From Alcanivorax sp. (lineage in GTDB: Bacteria; Pseudomonadota; Gammaproteobacteria; Pseudomonadales; Alcanivoracaceae): a stretch of 64,000 nt of DNA. Numbering within the stretch: the stretch's first letter is position 1; each line of letters starts with the position of its first letter. Below, in pieces: positions 1 through 20,754 of the stretch. The stretch lies in the NCBI GenBank assembly GCA_013823245.1, contig PNLU01000003.1:4427-68426 (forward strand), written 5' to 3'. A program made the translations under genes and the position numbers. The notes under the pieces are model-generated. The model searched no databases, was not told the DNA's origin, and saw only the letters and a list, made by a program, of their open reading frames with translations.

Positions 1-2307
1 GAAGCCCAGCAGGACCGCTTCGGAGGTCATGGCCAGGTTCACGTCGGATTCGTTGATCGCGCCAACACCCGCCGTCACCATGTTCACCTTCACTTCGTCG
101 GTGTTCATGTCGCTCAGGGCACCCAGCAGGGCTTCCAGCGAACCGCGCACGTCGGTCTTGAGCACAATGTTGACCTGCTTGGCTTCTTTCTCGCCCATGG
201 TCTCGAACAGGTTTTCCAGTTTCGAGGCCTGTGCGCGCTTGAGCTTCAGGTCGCGGTCGCGGATCTGACGGAACTCGGCCACTTCGCGGGCTTTCTTCTC
301 GTCGGCCACTACCAGGAACTGCTCGCCGGATTCCGGCGCGCCGTCCAGGCCCAGGATTTCCACCGGAATGGAGGGGCCAGCTTCCTTGATGGGTTTGCCG
401 TTCTCGTCAACCATGGCGCGGGTGCGGCCAAAGTGGGCACCGGCCAGCACCATGTCGCCCACGCTCAGGCGGCCTTCCTGAATCAGCACCGAGGTCACCG
501 GGCCACGGCCCTTCTCGATGCGGGATTCGATCACCACGCCACGGGCCGGGCCCACGGGTACGGCTTTCAGTTCAAGCAGTTCGGCTTGCAGCAGGATGGC
601 GTCGAGCAGGTCATCCACACCCATGCCGGTATGGGCGGACACATACTGGAACTGGTAATCGCCGCCCCACTCTTCCGAGATGATGCCGAGCTGCGACAGG
701 TCGTTCTTGACGCGATCCGGGTCGGCGCTTTCCTTGTCCATCTTGTTGACGGCAATGATCAGCGGCACACCGGCGGCTTTCGCGTGGTTGATGGCTTCTT
801 CGGTCTGCGGCATCACGCCGTCGTCCGCGGCCACCACGATCACCACGATGTCGGTGGCCTGGGCACCGCGTGCACGCATGGCGGTGAACGCCGCGTGGCC
901 CGGGGTATCCAGGAACGAGATCATGCCCTTGTCGGTTTCTACGTGGTAGGCACCGATATGCTGGGTAATGCCGCCCGCTTCGCCTTCGGCGACCTTGGCG
1001 CGGCGGATATAATCCAGCAGCGAGGTCTTGCCGTGGTCAACGTGGCCCATGATGGTCACCACCGGAGCGCGCGGCTGCGGCTCATCGGTGTACTGCACCA
1101 GGTTGGCCAGATCGTCTTCCAGGCTCTGTTCTTCGCCTTTGGCAGCAATCGGCTTGTGGCCCATTTCTTCCACCAGCAGCATCGCCGTTTCCTGGTCGAT
1201 ATGCTGGTTCACGGTGGCCATTTCGCCCATCTTCATGAGCGTACGCATTACTTCCCGCGCCTTGATGTTCATGCGCTGGGACAGGTCGGCGACCGTAATG
1301 GTCTCCGGAACTTCAACTTCGTACACCATTTTCTCCGTCGGGCTCTTGAAGCCATGCTCCTTGTGGAAGGAGCTCTTCATCTGGCCGTGTGCCACGACAT
1401 TGCGGGTTTGTTGGGAGCCCGGGCGGCGGCGACGGCGCTTGGTGGTGCGCTCTTCGTCGCGCCAGCTCGCTTCCATCGCCTCGGTGACGATGCCGGAACC
1501 GGTCTCGATTTCTTCGGGGCCTTTCTCGGGCTCCTGCTGGCCACGCTTTTCCAGCTCTTCGGCCATGCGACGTGCTTCTTCCGCCGTGCGGCGGGCCGCT
1601 TCTTCCTCGGCCTTCTTGCGGGCTTCGGCTTCCTGCTTGCGGCGCAGCTCTTCGGCTTCGCGCTTGCGGCGTTCTTCTTCCTCGCGCTTGGCGCGTTCTT
1701 CCGGGGTTTCGTCTTTCGGCGGCTCGGCTTTCTTCACGCCGCCCTTGGGCACGGATACCCGCTTGCTCTTGTCGTCCGCTTTCTTGTCGGCGCTGGTGTC
1801 CGCGGCCTGCGGTTCTTCGCCACCGGCTTCGCGGGCGGCTTTCGCTTCCGCAGCGGCACGCTCGGCTTCGCGGCGGGCAATCGCCTCTTCCTCGGCCTTC
1901 TTGCGGGCGTCTTCCTCGGCCTTGCGGGCAGCAGCTTCGGCTTCCAGGCGCTCGCGCTCGGCGCGCTCCTGCTCTTCGCGCTCACGCTCCTGTTCTTCAA
2001 TCACCGAGCGCTTCACATAGGTGCGCTTCTTGCGCACTTCCACCGCCACGGTCTTCGCCTTGCCGGAGGCGCCAGTGGTCTTGATGGTGCTGGTGCTTTT
2101 GCGCTTGAGGGTGATTTTCTGGGGTTCGGCACTGCTCTCTGTGCCGTGTGCGCGGCGCAGGAAGGCCAGCAGCGTCTGCTTCTGGTCGTCAGACACTGCA
2201 TCTTCGGCACCGCCGTGCGGCAGGCCAGCTTCTTTCATCTGCTTGAGCAGGGTATCTACCGGTGTCCCGACGATCTCTGCCAATTTCTTTACGGTCGTTT
2301 CTGCCAT
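1..2307 (-). CDS. infB: Translation initiation factor IF-2 (3' end runs off the window)
   Basis: Reverse strand reads [24 protein letters not shown]..., a charged linker, then GTPase motifs [13 protein letters not shown] and NKMD. Lies directly downstream of nusA. Confidence 0.97.
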   Translation of the reverse strand, partial: MAETTVKKLAEIVGTPVDTLLKQMKEAGLPHGGAEDAVSDDQKQTLLAFLRRAHGTESSAEPQKITLKRKSTSTIKTTGASGKAKTVAVEVRKKRTYVKRSVIEEQEREREEQERAERERLEAEAAARKAEEDARKKAEEEAIARREAERAAAEAKAAREAGGEEPQAADTSADKKADDKSKRVSVPKGGVKKAEPPKDETPEERAKREEEERRKREAEELRRKQEAEARKKAEEEAARRTAEEARRMAEELEKRGQQEPEKGPEEIETGSGIVTEAMEASWRDEERTTKRRRRRPGSQQTRNVVAHGQMKSSFHKEHGFKSPTEKMVYEVEVPETITVADLSQRMNIKAREVMRTLMKMGEMATVNQHIDQETAMLLVEEMGHKPIAAKGEEQSLEDDLANLVQYTDEPQPRAPVVTIMGHVDHGKTSLLDYIRRAKVAEGEAGGITQHIGAYHVETDKGMISFLDTPGHAAFTAMRARGAQATDIVVIVVAADDGVMPQTEEAINHAKAAGVPLIIAVNKMDKESADPDRVKNDLSQLGIISEEWGGDYQFQYVSAHTGMGVDDLLDAILLQAELLELKAVPVGPARGVVIESRIEKGRGPVTSVLIQEGRLSVGDMVLAGAHFGRTRAMVDENGKPIKEAGPSIPVEILGLDGAPESGEQFLVVADEKKAREVAEFRQIRDRDLKLKRAQASKLENLFETMGEKEAKQVNIVLKTDVRGSLEALLGALSDMNTDEVKVNMVTAGVGAINESDVNLAMTSEAVLLGF

Positions 2308-2488
2308 ATCAGCCAACCCATCTCCTGTCCGCCTGGCGAGACCGGCGCGGCGGGTGTGCCTGCTGCCGGTGTCGCGGCCCGGGCAGCCGCTACGCTGCCC
2401 GGGATTCTGTTACGCGCCATGACTGACCCCGGTGTGTGTTGCCGCCGACCGGGCGGGCGTGGTGCGCCCGTTGTTGCGATAGCCGCCT

Positions 2489-3994
2489 TCAGTTGCCAGC
2501 GTTTTCCTCGGCAAACCAGGGCGCCCGGGCGGTCATGATCAGTTGCGCCGCGCGTTCTTCGTCCAGACCTTCGATCTCCAGCAGGTCGTCTACGGCCTGC
2601 TCGGCCAGATCTTCCATGGTCACGATGCCCTGGGCTGCCAGTTTCAGGGCCAGTTCGCGATCCATCCCCTCCATCGTCAGCAGGTCTTCTGCCGGCGCGG
2701 AGTTTTCAAGCTGCTCTTCGGACGTCAGCGCCCGGGTCAGCAGCACGTCCTTGGCACGCTGGCGCAGCGCTTCAACGATTTCTTCGTCAAAGCCCTCGAT
2801 GGCCAGCATTTCTTCCATCGGCACATAGGCCACTTCTTCCAGGGTGCTGAAGCCTTCTTCCACCAGCACGCCCGCTACGTCTTCGTCCACATCCAGGTCG
2901 GCCATGAAACGCTCCAGCGCTTCCTGGCTTTCGGCCTGCTGTTTCTCCTGGGCGGCATCCAGGGTCATCACGTTCAGTTCCCAGCCGGTCAGCTCGGACG
3001 CCAGACGGATGTTCTGGCCGCCACGGCCGATGGCCTGGGCCAGGGCCGATTCGTCTTCCACGGCCACGTCCATGGCGTGACGCTCTTCGTCCACCACAAT
3101 GGACGCCACTTCCGCCGGCTGCATGGCGTTGATCACCAGCTGCGCGGGGTTGTCGTCCCACAGCACGATGTCGATCCGCTCGCCGGCCAGTTCGTTGGAC
3201 ACGGCCTGTACGCGCGCACCGCGCATACCGACGCAGGCGCCCACCGGGTCGATGCGCTGGTCGTTGGTTTTCACGGCAATCTTGGCGCGTGAGCCGGGAT
3301 CGCGGGCGGCGCCCTTGATCTCGATCAGCTCTTCACCGATTTCCGGTACTTCAATCTTGAACAGCTCAATCAGCATTTCCGGTGCGGCGCGGCTGGCGAA
3401 CAGCTGCGGGCCACGGTTCTCCGGGTTCACACCCGACAGCCAGGCGCGGATGCGGTCGTTCTGGCGCACGGCTTCACGCGGGATCATCTGGTCACGGCTG
3501 ATCAGGGCCTCGGCATTGCCGCCCAGGTCCAGAATAATGCTGTCTCGCGTCGCTTTCTTTACGGTGCCGCTGATCAGTTCGCCGATGCGGTCACGGTATT
3601 CCTCGATAATCTGGGCGCGCTCGGCTTCGCGTACCTTCTGCACGATCACCTGCTTGGCGGTCTGCGCAGCAATACGGCCGAAGGCCACGGATTCGATTTC
3701 CTCGGCCCAGGTGTCGCCGATCTGCAGCGAGGTGTCCTGCTCGTGGGCTTCGTCGAGGGTCAGCTGGCGGCCGAACTCGTACAGCTCTTCATCGGGCACA
3801 ACATGCCAGACGCGATAGGTGCGGTAGTCGCCGCTGACGCGGTCGATGTGCACACGCACTTCCACGTCTTCTTCCTTGAAGCGCTTCTTGGTCGCTGCAG
3901 CCAGCGCCAGTTCGATGGCTTCAAAGATGACGTCACGGCTGACGCCCTTCTCGTTGGAGACTGTTTCCGCTACCAGCAAAATCTCTTTGTTCAT
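2489..3994 (-). CDS. nusA: Transcription termination/antitermination factor NusA
   Basis: [18 protein letters not shown]..., S1/KH domains ([24 protein letters not shown]) and acidic C-terminal repeats. Confidence 0.98.
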   Translation of the reverse strand: MNKEILLVAETVSNEKGVSRDVIFEAIELALAAATKKRFKEEDVEVRVHIDRVSGDYRTYRVWHVVPDEELYEFGRQLTLDEAHEQDTSLQIGDTWAEEIESVAFGRIAAQTAKQVIVQKVREAERAQIIEEYRDRIGELISGTVKKATRDSIILDLGGNAEALISRDQMIPREAVRQNDRIRAWLSGVNPENRGPQLFASRAAPEMLIELFKIEVPEIGEELIEIKGAARDPGSRAKIAVKTNDQRIDPVGACVGMRGARVQAVSNELAGERIDIVLWDDNPAQLVINAMQPAEVASIVVDEERHAMDVAVEDESALAQAIGRGGQNIRLASELTGWELNVMTLDAAQEKQQAESQEALERFMADLDVDEDVAGVLVEEGFSTLEEVAYVPMEEMLAIEGFDEEIVEALRQRAKDVLLTRALTSEEQLENSAPAEDLLTMEGMDRELALKLAAQGIVTMEDLAEQAVDDLLEIEGLDEERAAQLIMTARAPWFAEENAGN

Positions 3995-4022
3995 GGCCGG
4001 GCCTTTACAAAGACTGTAAGTG

Positions 4023-4493
4023 TCATCCTTTCAGGTCGAAATCGGGCACGATATGCGCCCGATCAACCTGCGTGAAAGGAACCTCCAGCACCTCACCGTC
4101 CACGGTGAGGCTCAGGGTATCCCCGTTCACCGCCGTAATCACGGCGGTGACTTTGCGGCGGTTCTTTATCGGCGCCAGCAAACGCACTTGCGCCTGCTCG
4201 CCGATATAGCGCTGCCACTGTTCGAGTGTAAACAGGGGGCGTTCCATGCCAGGGGACGACACTTCCAGGGTGTATTCACCGCTGATCGGGTCTTCCACAT
4301 CCAGCACGCCGCTCACCTGATGGCTGACTGCCGCGCAGTCATCCACAGTAATGCCGTTGTCGCTGTCGATATACAGGCGCAGCACCGCTCCGCGACCCTG
4401 GATATATTCCAGGCCCCAGAACTCATACCCCAGGCCTTCCACCGTGGGCGCCAGCAGGCTGTGCAGTTGTTCCGCCTTGCGCGACATCGTCAT
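4023..4493 (-). CDS. rimP: Ribosome maturation factor RimP
   Basis: LRLYID...[10 protein letters not shown]...[14 protein letters not shown]; conserved position upstream of nusA. Start set at ATG 4493. Confidence 0.95.
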   Translation of the reverse strand: MTMSRKAEQLHSLLAPTVEGLGYEFWGLEYIQGRGAVLRLYIDSDNGITVDDCAAVSHQVSGVLDVEDPISGEYTLEVSSPGMERPLFTLEQWQRYIGEQAQVRLLAPIKNRRKVTAVITAVNGDTLSLTVDGEVLEVPFTQVDRAHIVPDFDLKG

Positions 4494-4528
4494 CCTCGTG
4501 TGCGCCGCCCCTGCGGCGGCACCAAACA

Positions 4529-4552
4529 AAAAGCCCCTGCTAGAGGGGCTTT
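4529..4552 (-). terminator. Intrinsic terminator/attenuator between tRNA-fMet and rimP
   Basis: Minus strand AAAGCCCCT-CTAGC-AGGGGCTTTTT followed by GTTT. Confidence 0.7.
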
Positions 4553-4594
4553 CTGTTACAGAACCCGTGAGCAGCCACAGGCCTGTCTGTTAAG

Positions 4595-4671
<77 letters not shown>

Positions 4672-4759
4672 CTTAAACATTGCACCGTTCAACCTGCCCC
4701 GGCACCTGGGCCAGAAGCCCGAGCGCTGCTGCCCTCGAACCCCTCAAAACTGGCCGCAA

Positions 4760-4788
4760 ATCCTAATGATCATTGGCACTTATGTCAA
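4760..4788 (-). promoter_or_regulatory. Sigma70 promoter for the tRNA-fMet-rimP-nusA-infB operon
   Basis: Minus strand TTGACA (4788-4783), 17 bp, TAGGAT (4765-4760), then a GC-rich discriminator-like GCGGCC. Confidence 0.8.
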
Positions 4789-4875
4789 ACTGTATTTGGC
4801 CGCCTGACAATAATTTACCGCTGGAATCTGAAAAGAACTTTGGACGGCGCGCGAAGCGCGCCTGCCCGCAATGAA

Positions 4876-4891
4876 TGGTGCCGAAGGCGGG
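4876..4891 (-). repeat. 16-bp duplicate of the tRNA-Leu 3' end (att-like scar)
   Basis: TGGTGCCGAAGGCGGG occurs at 4876-4891 and at 5006-5021. Confidence 0.75.
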
Positions 4892-5005
4892 GCGAAAAGC
4901 CCTGCTTTTTGCGCCAGCGCAGCGGCGGGATATCGCCCGCCGCGTCTCAGCGCTGGCCGGCAGGCCCGCCCGAGAAACAAGAGTGGGCGCAGCCCCTGCA
5001 TTAAT

Positions 5006-5091
5006 TGGTGCCGAAGGCGGGACTTGAACCCGCACGAGCTAGGCTCACTACCCCCTCAAGATAGCGTGTCTACCAATTCCACCACTTCGGC
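5006..5091 (-). tRNA. tRNA-Leu (GAG)
   Basis: GCCGAAGTGGTGGAATTGGTAGACACGCTATCTTGAGGGGGTAG...GGTTCAAGTCCCGCCTTCGGCACCA; long variable arm; canonical position after secG. Confidence 0.97.
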
Positions 5092-5105
5092 AAAACCGTC
5101 CCGGC

Positions 5106-5534
5106 TTACTGCTGCTCTTCCGGGGCCGGGGATTCTACCTCAGGCACCAGCGAGTCTGTAGCACTTTCTGCGCCCGGCACGTCCCCTTCGGGGGCGTCTT
5201 GCGGAATAGTGCCTTCCAGATCGCGCGCCCAGTCGGGCACTTCGGACTCTTCCTGCTGGATGCGCTCCAGCACCGGCAGGGCCGAACCGTCGTCGGAGGC
5301 CAACTGGCGAGCGTGCCAGGCCAGCGCGAGACTGGTGAGCATGAACACGGTAGCCAGAATCGCCGTGGTCCGGGTCAGGAAGCTGGACGAGCCGCTGCTG
5401 CCAAATACCGTGGACGACGACGCGCCACCACCGAAGGAGGCACCGGCATCGGCGCCCTTGCCATGCTGCACCAGCACCAGGCCAATCAGGGCCAGAGCGG
5501 TCAGCACGTGCACAATGTGAAGAACGATATCCAT
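5106..5534 (-). CDS. secG: Preprotein translocase subunit SecG
   Basis: [39 protein letters not shown] motif with two TM helices; acidic C-terminal tail. Confidence 0.95.
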   Translation of the reverse strand: MDIVLHIVHVLTALALIGLVLVQHGKGADAGASFGGGASSSTVFGSSGSSSFLTRTTAILATVFMLTSLALAWHARQLASDDGSALPVLERIQQEESEVPDWARDLEGTIPQDAPEGDVPGAESATDSLVPEVESPAPEEQQ

Positions 5535-5553
5535 AAAAAGTCTGCTTACTGCG

Positions 5554-6303
5554 CTAGGAAGATGCCACCTGACAAATGGCCAGAAAACTGTCTGCGTCCA
5601 GTGACGCCCCGCCGATCAGGCCACCGTCTATATCGGGCTCGGCCAGCAGAAGGGCGGCATTATCCGCCTTTACGCTGCCGCCGTAAAGGATGCGCGTGGC
5701 AGCGGCGACGGCCGCGTCGTGTCCGGCCAGCCGCTGGCGGATAAAGGCATGCACCGCCTGCGCCTGTTCCGGGCTGGCGGTCAGACCGGTGCCGATGGCC
5801 CAGACCGGCTCATAGGCGATCACGGCCTGATGGAAGGCGGCCACGCCCGCCAGCGCCAGCACGGCATCCAGCTGCCGACCCACCACGGCCTCGGTCTGCC
5901 CGGCTTCGCGCTCGGCCTGACTCTCGCCCAGACACAGCACCGGCACCAGCCCGGCGGCCTGGGCACGCTGGAACTTGGTCGCCACCACGGCGTCGGTCTC
6001 GCCATACAGGCTGCGCCGCTCGGAATGCCCCACCAGCACATAGCGGCAGCCGAATTCCGACAGCATCTCGCCCGCCACTTCACCGGTGAAGGCGCCTTCC
6101 GGCTGTTCGGCCAGGTTCTGGGCGCCCAGCGCCACCGGCGTGCCCGCCAGTGTCTGCTGCAACGCCGCCAGATACGGATACGGCGGACACAGGGCCAGCT
6201 CGACGCCCGCCGGGGCCCCCGCTGCGATGCGGGCGGCCAGATCCCGGGCCATGTCCAGCCGGCCATGCATTTTCCAGTTACCGGCTACCAAAGAGGTCCG
6301 CAC
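5554..6303 (-). CDS. tpiA: Triosephosphate isomerase
   Basis: [29 protein letters not shown] and LIGGASL motifs. Confidence 0.98.
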   Translation of the reverse strand: MRTSLVAGNWKMHGRLDMARDLAARIAAGAPAGVELALCPPYPYLAALQQTLAGTPVALGAQNLAEQPEGAFTGEVAGEMLSEFGCRYVLVGHSERRSLYGETDAVVATKFQRAQAAGLVPVLCLGESQAEREAGQTEAVVGRQLDAVLALAGVAAFHQAVIAYEPVWAIGTGLTASPEQAQAVHAFIRQRLAGHDAAVAAATRILYGGSVKADNAALLLAEPDIDGGLIGGASLDADSFLAICQVASS

Positions 6304-6322
6304 GCCAATCTCCTTCTTTTAA

Positions 6323-7660
6323 TCAGGCAATTTCCTGCTGCACCACGGCCGCCAGGTCTTCGCATACGCGCTGCACCAGGGCAGCGTCTTCACCTTCCAC
6401 CATCACCCGTATCAACGGCTCGGTGCCGGAGGGGCGCAGCAACACGCGGCCCTTGCCCGCCAGCCGCTGTTCCGCCGAGGCGACCGCCTTGCGCACGTTG
6501 TCGCGTTCGGCGGCACCGTCGCGGTTGGCGCCCCGCACGTTGATCATCACCTGGGGCAACTTGTCCATGCCGGCGCAGGCTTCGCGCAGGGAGCAGCCAC
6601 GATGTTGCAGTGCCGCCAGCACCTGCAGGGCCGACACCACGCCGTCCCCGGTGGTGGTGCAGTCCAGGCAGATGATGTGCCCGGAGGATTCGCCGCCAAG
6701 CAGCCAGCCCTGCTGGTCCATGGCTTCGATCACATAGCGGTCACCCACCTTGGCGCGCAACAGCGGAATCTGCTCGCGCTGCAGGGCCAGCTCCAGGCCG
6801 AAGTTCGACATCAGGGTGCCCACGGCGCCGCCCTCCAGCAGGTCGCGGCGCTTGCGGTCGGTGGCAAGGATATACAGCAGCTGGTCGCCGTCAACCAGGT
6901 TGCCCTGGTCGTCCACCATCAGTACGCGGTCGGCGTCGCCGTCAAAGGCGATGCCGAGGTCGGCGCCTTCGCGCTGCACGGCGGCCACCAGCGCTTCCGG
7001 GTGGGTGCTGCCGCAGTCGCGGTTGATATTGAGGCCGTCGGGCGTGGTCGCCAGCGGGATTACGGTGGCGCCCAGCTCATCAAGCACGTCCGGCGCAATG
7101 TGATAGGCCGCGCCGTTGGCGCAATCCACCACGATCTTGACGCCGCGCAGGTTCAGGCGCGCCAGCACCGTGCTCTTGCAGAATTCGATATAACGCCCCC
7201 GGGCGTCGTTGATGCGCCGCACCTTGCCCAGGGCATCGGCGTTGACCATGCGCATGTCCTGTTCAAGGCGTGCCTCGATGGCGGCCTCGATGGCGTCGGG
7301 CAGCTTGCGGCCGTTGGCGCCGAAGAACTTGATGCCGTTGTCGTTGTAGGGGTTATGCGAGGCGGAAATCACAATGCCCGCCTGGGCATGGAAGGTGTGG
7401 GTCAGGTAGGCGATGGCGGGGGTCGGCATGGGCCCGAGCAGCAAGGTGTCCACCCCGGCGGCGGAAATCCCGGCTTCCAGCGCCGACTCGAACATATAGC
7501 CGGAGATGCGCGTGTCCTTGCCGATCAGGATCTTGCTTGGCCCCTGTTCCGCCAGCACCGAGCCCACGGCCCAGCCCAGGCGCAGCACGAAATCCGGGGT
7601 AATCGGGTATTCCCCCACCGTGCCGCGTATGCCGTCCGTACCAAAATATTTGCGCGTCAT
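6323..7660 (-). CDS. glmM: Phosphoglucosamine mutase
   Basis: [24 protein letters not shown] and GGESSGH motifs. Confidence 0.97.
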   Translation of the reverse strand: MTRKYFGTDGIRGTVGEYPITPDFVLRLGWAVGSVLAEQGPSKILIGKDTRISGYMFESALEAGISAAGVDTLLLGPMPTPAIAYLTHTFHAQAGIVISASHNPYNDNGIKFFGANGRKLPDAIEAAIEARLEQDMRMVNADALGKVRRINDARGRYIEFCKSTVLARLNLRGVKIVVDCANGAAYHIAPDVLDELGATVIPLATTPDGLNINRDCGSTHPEALVAAVQREGADLGIAFDGDADRVLMVDDQGNLVDGDQLLYILATDRKRRDLLEGGAVGTLMSNFGLELALQREQIPLLRAKVGDRYVIEAMDQQGWLLGGESSGHIICLDCTTTGDGVVSALQVLAALQHRGCSLREACAGMDKLPQVMINVRGANRDGAAERDNVRKAVASAEQRLAGKGRVLLRPSGTEPLIRVMVEGEDAALVQRVCEDLAAVVQQEIA

Positions 7661-7671
7661 CGCTTACATCC

Positions 7672-8517
7672 TCATGTCGTGGGTGCTGAGCCATGCAGCA
7701 CCGCCCAGGCCATCCGCAGGGCATCCACGGTCTCGCGCACATCATGCACCCGCACGATCTGCGCGCCTCGTTCCAGGGCCATGACGGCCAGCGCCAGACT
7801 GCCCGGCAGCCGCTCATCCACAGCGCGACCCAGGGCCTGGCCAATCATCGATTTGCGCGACATGCCCACCAGCAGGGGCAGGCCCAGGGCATGCAGCCGG
7901 TCCAGTTCGCGCAACAGGCGCAGATTATGCGCCAGGGTCTTGCCGAAACCGAAGCCCGGGTCCAGCAGCAGGCGCTGGCGCGGAATACCCGCCGCCTCGC
8001 ACGCCGCCACCCGGGCCACCAGAAAGTCGCTGACTTCCGCCACCACGTCATCGTAGCGCGGCGCCTGCTGCATGGTGTCCGGCTGACCCTGCATGTGCAT
8101 CAGGCACACCGGCAGCTGGCTGGCGGCCGCAGCGGCCAGCGCGCCGGGGCGCTGCAGGGCGCGCACGTCATTGATCAGACCGGCGCCCGCGCGGGCACCT
8201 TCGGTCATCACCTCAGGCGTGCTGGTGTCCAGGGAAATCACGGCATCCAGTTCGGCCGCCAGGGCCTCGACCACCGGAATCACCCGGTCCAGTTCTTCCT
8301 GGGGGCTTACCGGCGCGGCGCCGGGGCGGGTGGACTCGCCACCGACATCGATAATGGCCGCGCCGTCCGCCAGCATCTGCCGGGCATGGCGCAGGGCCGC
8401 ATCACGCCCGGTGAAGCGACCACCATCCGAGAAGGAATCGGGGGTCACATTCAGGACCCCCATAACGACAGGCGCGGACAGTGTCAGTGTCCGCGCCCCG
8501 CAGTGCAGTTCAGTCAT
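7672..8517 (-). CDS. folP: Dihydropteroate synthase
   Basis: MGVLNVTPDSFSDGG, IIDVGGESTRPGA, DPGFGFGK, SRKS and RVHDV motifs. Confidence 0.97.
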   Translation of the reverse strand: MTELHCGARTLTLSAPVVMGVLNVTPDSFSDGGRFTGRDAALRHARQMLADGAAIIDVGGESTRPGAAPVSPQEELDRVIPVVEALAAELDAVISLDTSTPEVMTEGARAGAGLINDVRALQRPGALAAAAASQLPVCLMHMQGQPDTMQQAPRYDDVVAEVSDFLVARVAACEAAGIPRQRLLLDPGFGFGKTLAHNLRLLRELDRLHALGLPLLVGMSRKSMIGQALGRAVDERLPGSLALAVMALERGAQIVRVHDVRETVDALRMAWAVLHGSAPTT

Positions 8518-8533
8518 CGACCGCCGTCAGTGC

Positions 8534-10486
<1,953 letters not shown>

Positions 10487-10536
10487 GGGACACCTCTCCC
10501 TGCTGGCGCGGGCGCGCCCGCTAACTCATTGATACA

Positions 10537-11160
10537 TTACACCATCTTGCGCTCGGACCCCAGCAGATACACCTCCGGGGAGCGCGGACGACTGGCGGCA
10601 GGCTTCCGTGTCACCACTTTGGCAAAGCGCTCGTGAAGATCGCGCCGGTAGGCATCCAGACCCTCGCCCTGGAACACTTTGACCAGGAAACGGCCGTCGG
10701 GTGCCAACACCCGGTCTGCCATGTCCAGCGCCAGTTCGGCCAGATACATGGCGCGCGGCTGATCGACGGCCCTCGTACCACTCATATTGGGGGCCATGTC
10801 GGACATTACAAGGTCTACCTGGGCGCCATCGAGCGCGGTCAGCAGTTGCTCGAATACCGATTCTTCACGGAAATCGCCCTGAATGAAGGTGACATCGGCT
10901 ATCGGATCCATAGCCAGGATGTCGCTGGCCAGGATACGGCCGGAGCTGCCCATCAGGCGCGCCGCCACCTGCGACCAGCCGCCGGGGGCGGCGCCCAGGT
11001 CGAGCACCCGCAGGCCGGGGCGGAACAGTTTGTCTTTCTCGTGGATTTCCAGCAGCTTGAAGCTGGCACGGGAGCGGTAGCCCTCCGCCTGGGCGCGGGC
11101 CACCCACTGGTCGTTGAAGTGCTCCTGGAGCCAGCGGCTACTGCTTTTTGATCTGCCCAT
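10537..11160 (-). CDS. rlmE: 23S rRNA U2552 2'-O-methyltransferase RlmE
   Basis: [11 protein letters not shown]..., [20 protein letters not shown] and SDMAPN; start at ATG 11160. Confidence 0.97.
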   Translation of the reverse strand: MGRSKSSSRWLQEHFNDQWVARAQAEGYRSRASFKLLEIHEKDKLFRPGLRVLDLGAAPGGWSQVAARLMGSSGRILASDILAMDPIADVTFIQGDFREESVFEQLLTALDGAQVDLVMSDMAPNMSGTRAVDQPRAMYLAELALDMADRVLAPDGRFLVKVFQGEGLDAYRRDLHERFAKVVTRKPAASRPRSPEVYLLGSERKMV

Positions 11161-11207
11161 ATCCGCTTCCCGTGTGTAGAATGGCCGCCCGAACACGGAG
11201 ACCCGAC

Positions 11208-11522
11208 ATGCCCCTGAACCAGCAAGACAAGCGTCGCTTCAAGACCATCGGCCACCACCTGAAGCCGGTGCTGATCTTTGGTGGCAATGGCCTGACGGAA
11301 TCGTTCGTCGAAGAACTCCACCGTCGGCTTGAAGATCATGAGCTGATCAAGGTGCGGGTCAACGCCGAAACCCGTGATGACCGCAGCGCCGTGGTCGACG
11401 CGCTGTGCGAGGCCTCCGGCGCAGAGCTGGTGCAGCGGATCGGCAATATCGCGCTGCTGTACCGGGCGGCGAAGAAGCCGAACCCGAAGTTGTCCAATAT
11501 CCTTCGGGCTCAGCAGGGCTGA
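11208..11522 (+). CDS. yhbY: CRM-domain RNA-binding protein YhbY
   Basis: GHHLKPV...G.NGL...ELIKV...[11 protein letters not shown]; divergent from rlmE. Confidence 0.93.
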   Translation: MPLNQQDKRRFKTIGHHLKPVLIFGGNGLTESFVEELHRRLEDHELIKVRVNAETRDDRSAVVDALCEASGAELVQRIGNIALLYRAAKKPNPKLSNILRAQQG

Positions 11523-11531
11523 CCCATCGCC

Positions 11532-12007
11532 TTACAGATGCTCGACCTTGTCGATTTCGTACTCGACCACACCGCCCGGGGTTTCGATCTGCACCACGTC
11601 GCCCTCTTCCTTGCCGATCAGGCCCCGGGCAATCGGTGAATTCACCGAAATCTTGCCCAGCTTGATGCTGGCTTCGTCGTCACCCACGATCTTGTAGACC
11701 TTCTCTTCATCGGTATCGACGTTGATGATGGTCACGGTGGTGCCGAACAGCACCTTGCCCGTGGGCGTGATGGTGCGCACGTCGATAATCTGGGCTGCGC
11801 CCAGCTTGCTCTCGATTTCGTTGATGCGGCCTTCGCAGAAGCCCTGCTCTTCGCGGGCGGCATGGTACTCGGCGTTCTCCTTGAGATCGCCGTGCTCACG
11901 GGCTTCCGCAATAGCCTGCACGATGCGCGGACGCTCGACCATCTTGAGACGTTGCAGCTCCTCGCGAAGTGCTTCCGCCCCCTCAACAGTCATAGGCACT
12001 CGTTGCA

Positions 12008-12011
<4 letters not shown>
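11532..12011 (-). CDS. greA: Transcription elongation factor GreA
   Basis: [16 protein letters not shown] and [14 protein letters not shown] motifs. Confidence 0.97.
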
Positions 12012-15250
<3,239 letters not shown>

Positions 15251-15291
15251 AATTCGCTAACCGTCGGATTCTGTGGTGATGCGCACCGGGC

Positions 15292-16422
15292 TCAGCCCTG
15301 GCGCGCCTGCATCAGCTCAATAAAGTGATCAAACAGCCCGGCGGCATCGTGCGGACCGGGGCTGGCTTCCGGGTGGCCCTGGAAGCTGAACGCGGGCTTG
15401 TCGGTGCGGTGAATCCCCTGCAACGAGCCATCGAACAGCGACACATGCGTGGCACGCAGGGTGTCGGGCAGGCTCGCTTCATCCACCGCAAAGCCATGGT
15501 TCTGGCTGGTGATCATCACGGTGTTGTTGTCCAGGTCTTTCACCGGGTGGTTGGCGCCGTGGTGCCCGAACTTCATCTTCATGGTGCGGGCGCCGCTGGC
15601 CAGGGCCAGCAACTGGTGACCCAGGCAGATCCCGAACACCGGCAGACCGGTGTCGACGATCTCGCGGATGGCGCTGATGGCGTAGTCACAGGGCTCCGGG
15701 TCGCCGGGGCCGTTGGACAGGAAAACGCCGTCCGGCTTCATGGCCAGCACGTCGCTGGCCGGGGTCTGTGCCGGCACCACGGTCAGCTTGCAGCCGCGCT
15801 CGGCCAGCATGCGCAGGATGTTGCGCTTGGCACCGTAGTCGTAGGCCACTACATGAAACGGGGTCTCGCCCTGTTCGCGGTGCCCTTCGCCCCACTGCCA
15901 CACGCCTTCTGACCAGGCGTAGGCGCTGTCGACGGTCACTTCTTTCGCCAGATCCATGCCTTTCAGGCCCGGGAAGCCCCGCGCGGCCGCCAGCGCTTCG
16001 GCTTCGTCGGCGTTCTCGCCCACCATGATGCAGCCGTTCTGAGCGCCTTTTTCGCGCAGGATACGGGTCAGGCGGCGGGTATCGATATCGGCGATGGCAC
16101 AGATGTTGTGCGCCTTGAGGTAATCCGGCAGGGACTGTTTTGCCCGCCAGCTGCTGACCGTCATGGTCAGGTCACGGATGATCAGGCCAGCGGCCCAGAC
16201 ACGTCCCGCTTCCTCATCCTCCGGATTGACCCCGGTATTGCCGATATGCGGGTAAGTGAGGGTGACAATTTGCTGGGCGTAGGAAGGATCGGTCAGGATT
16301 TCCTGATAGCCGGTGAGTGCCGTATTAAACACCACCTCGCCAACGGTCTTGCCGGATGCGCCGATTGAGACGCCCCGGAAGATGCTGCCGTCTTCCAGCG
16401 CCAGTATGGCCGGTACCGTCAA
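15292..16422 (-). CDS. carA: Carbamoyl-phosphate synthase small subunit (TTG start)
   Basis: GEVVFNT, SNGPGDP, GICLGHQ and [12 protein letters not shown] motifs. Confidence 0.98.
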   Translation of the reverse strand: MTVPAILALEDGSIFRGVSIGASGKTVGEVVFNTALTGYQEILTDPSYAQQIVTLTYPHIGNTGVNPEDEEAGRVWAAGLIIRDLTMTVSSWRAKQSLPDYLKAHNICAIADIDTRRLTRILREKGAQNGCIMVGENADEAEALAAARGFPGLKGMDLAKEVTVDSAYAWSEGVWQWGEGHREQGETPFHVVAYDYGAKRNILRMLAERGCKLTVVPAQTPASDVLAMKPDGVFLSNGPGDPEPCDYAISAIREIVDTGLPVFGICLGHQLLALASGARTMKMKFGHHGANHPVKDLDNNTVMITSQNHGFAVDEASLPDTLRATHVSLFDGSLQGIHRTDKPAFSFQGHPEASPGPHDAAGLFDHFIELMQARQG

Positions 16423-16485
16423 CGCAACCTCCAGAATTCAGTGCCAGGTTCAGGGGAAGGGCGTCAGGGGGCACTGCGCGCGCGC

Positions 16486-16515
16486 AAAAAAGCGAGATGG
16501 ACACCTCCACCTCGC
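16486..16515 (-). terminator. Terminator-like hairpin inside the carA 5' leader (candidate attenuator)
   Basis: Minus strand GCGAGGTGG-AGGTGT-CCATCTCGC-TTTTTT, between a predicted promoter and the carA start. Confidence 0.65.
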
Positions 16516-16579
16516 TCAGATCCGCTTTCTTGCTTGCCGCTGCGTGCGCCACCTGCGAAGCCCCTCAGGGCAGGGCCGT

Positions 16580-16608
16580 ATTTTAGGCTCAATTGACGTT
16601 GGTGTCAC
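16580..16608 (-). promoter_or_regulatory. Sigma70-like carAB promoter
   Basis: Minus strand GTGACA (16608-16603), 17 bp, TAAAAT (16585-16580). Confidence 0.6.
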
Positions 16609-16638
16609 GCCGCATGGCCGGACTGCCCGGTCAAAGAC

Positions 16639-18602
<1,964 letters not shown>

Positions 18603-18629
18603 GGCTCTTTTACCCGTTCGATGTAACGC

Positions 18630-18683
18630 ATGACGCCGGGCAAGGCCCGGCGTCATTGGTCCGGCGCGGAAGATCCGCGCCGG
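18630..18683. repeat. Two tandem perfect hairpins between dnaK and dnaJ
   Basis: ATGACGCCGGGC-AAG-GCCCGGCGTCAT (18630-18656) and CCGGCGCGGA-AGA-TCCGCGCCGG (18661-18683). No U-tract, so probably mRNA-stabilising or attenuating. Confidence 0.7.
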
Positions 18684-18700
18684 TTATCAGACGACCGGGC

Positions 18701-20623
<1,923 letters not shown>

Positions 20624-20695
20624 GTTCCTCATCTCCTCACACTTGCTGCCGGCCCCCTGAGGCAACCGGCGCAGCTGAACTCGTCTCACTGCGCT

Positions 20696-20723
20696 ATATT
20701 GAGGTGCCCCTTGTCATTTCAAG
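20696..20723 (-). promoter_or_regulatory. Sigma32 promoter upstream of dnaK
   Basis: Minus strand CTTGAA, 13 bp, CCTCAATAT (consensus CTTGAA-N13-17-CCCCATNT). Confidence 0.65.
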
Positions 20724-20754
20724 AGACCCTGCCAAAAGAAAGGTCTTTCTGCCG

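Noticed and set aside
433-2538. 701-aa plus-strand ORF, and similar long antisense ORFs (12890-15328, 18656-20815, 8093-10636)
   Set aside because: Shadow frames opposite infB, carB, dnaK and ftsH. They are expected in high-GC DNA and have no recognisable motifs.
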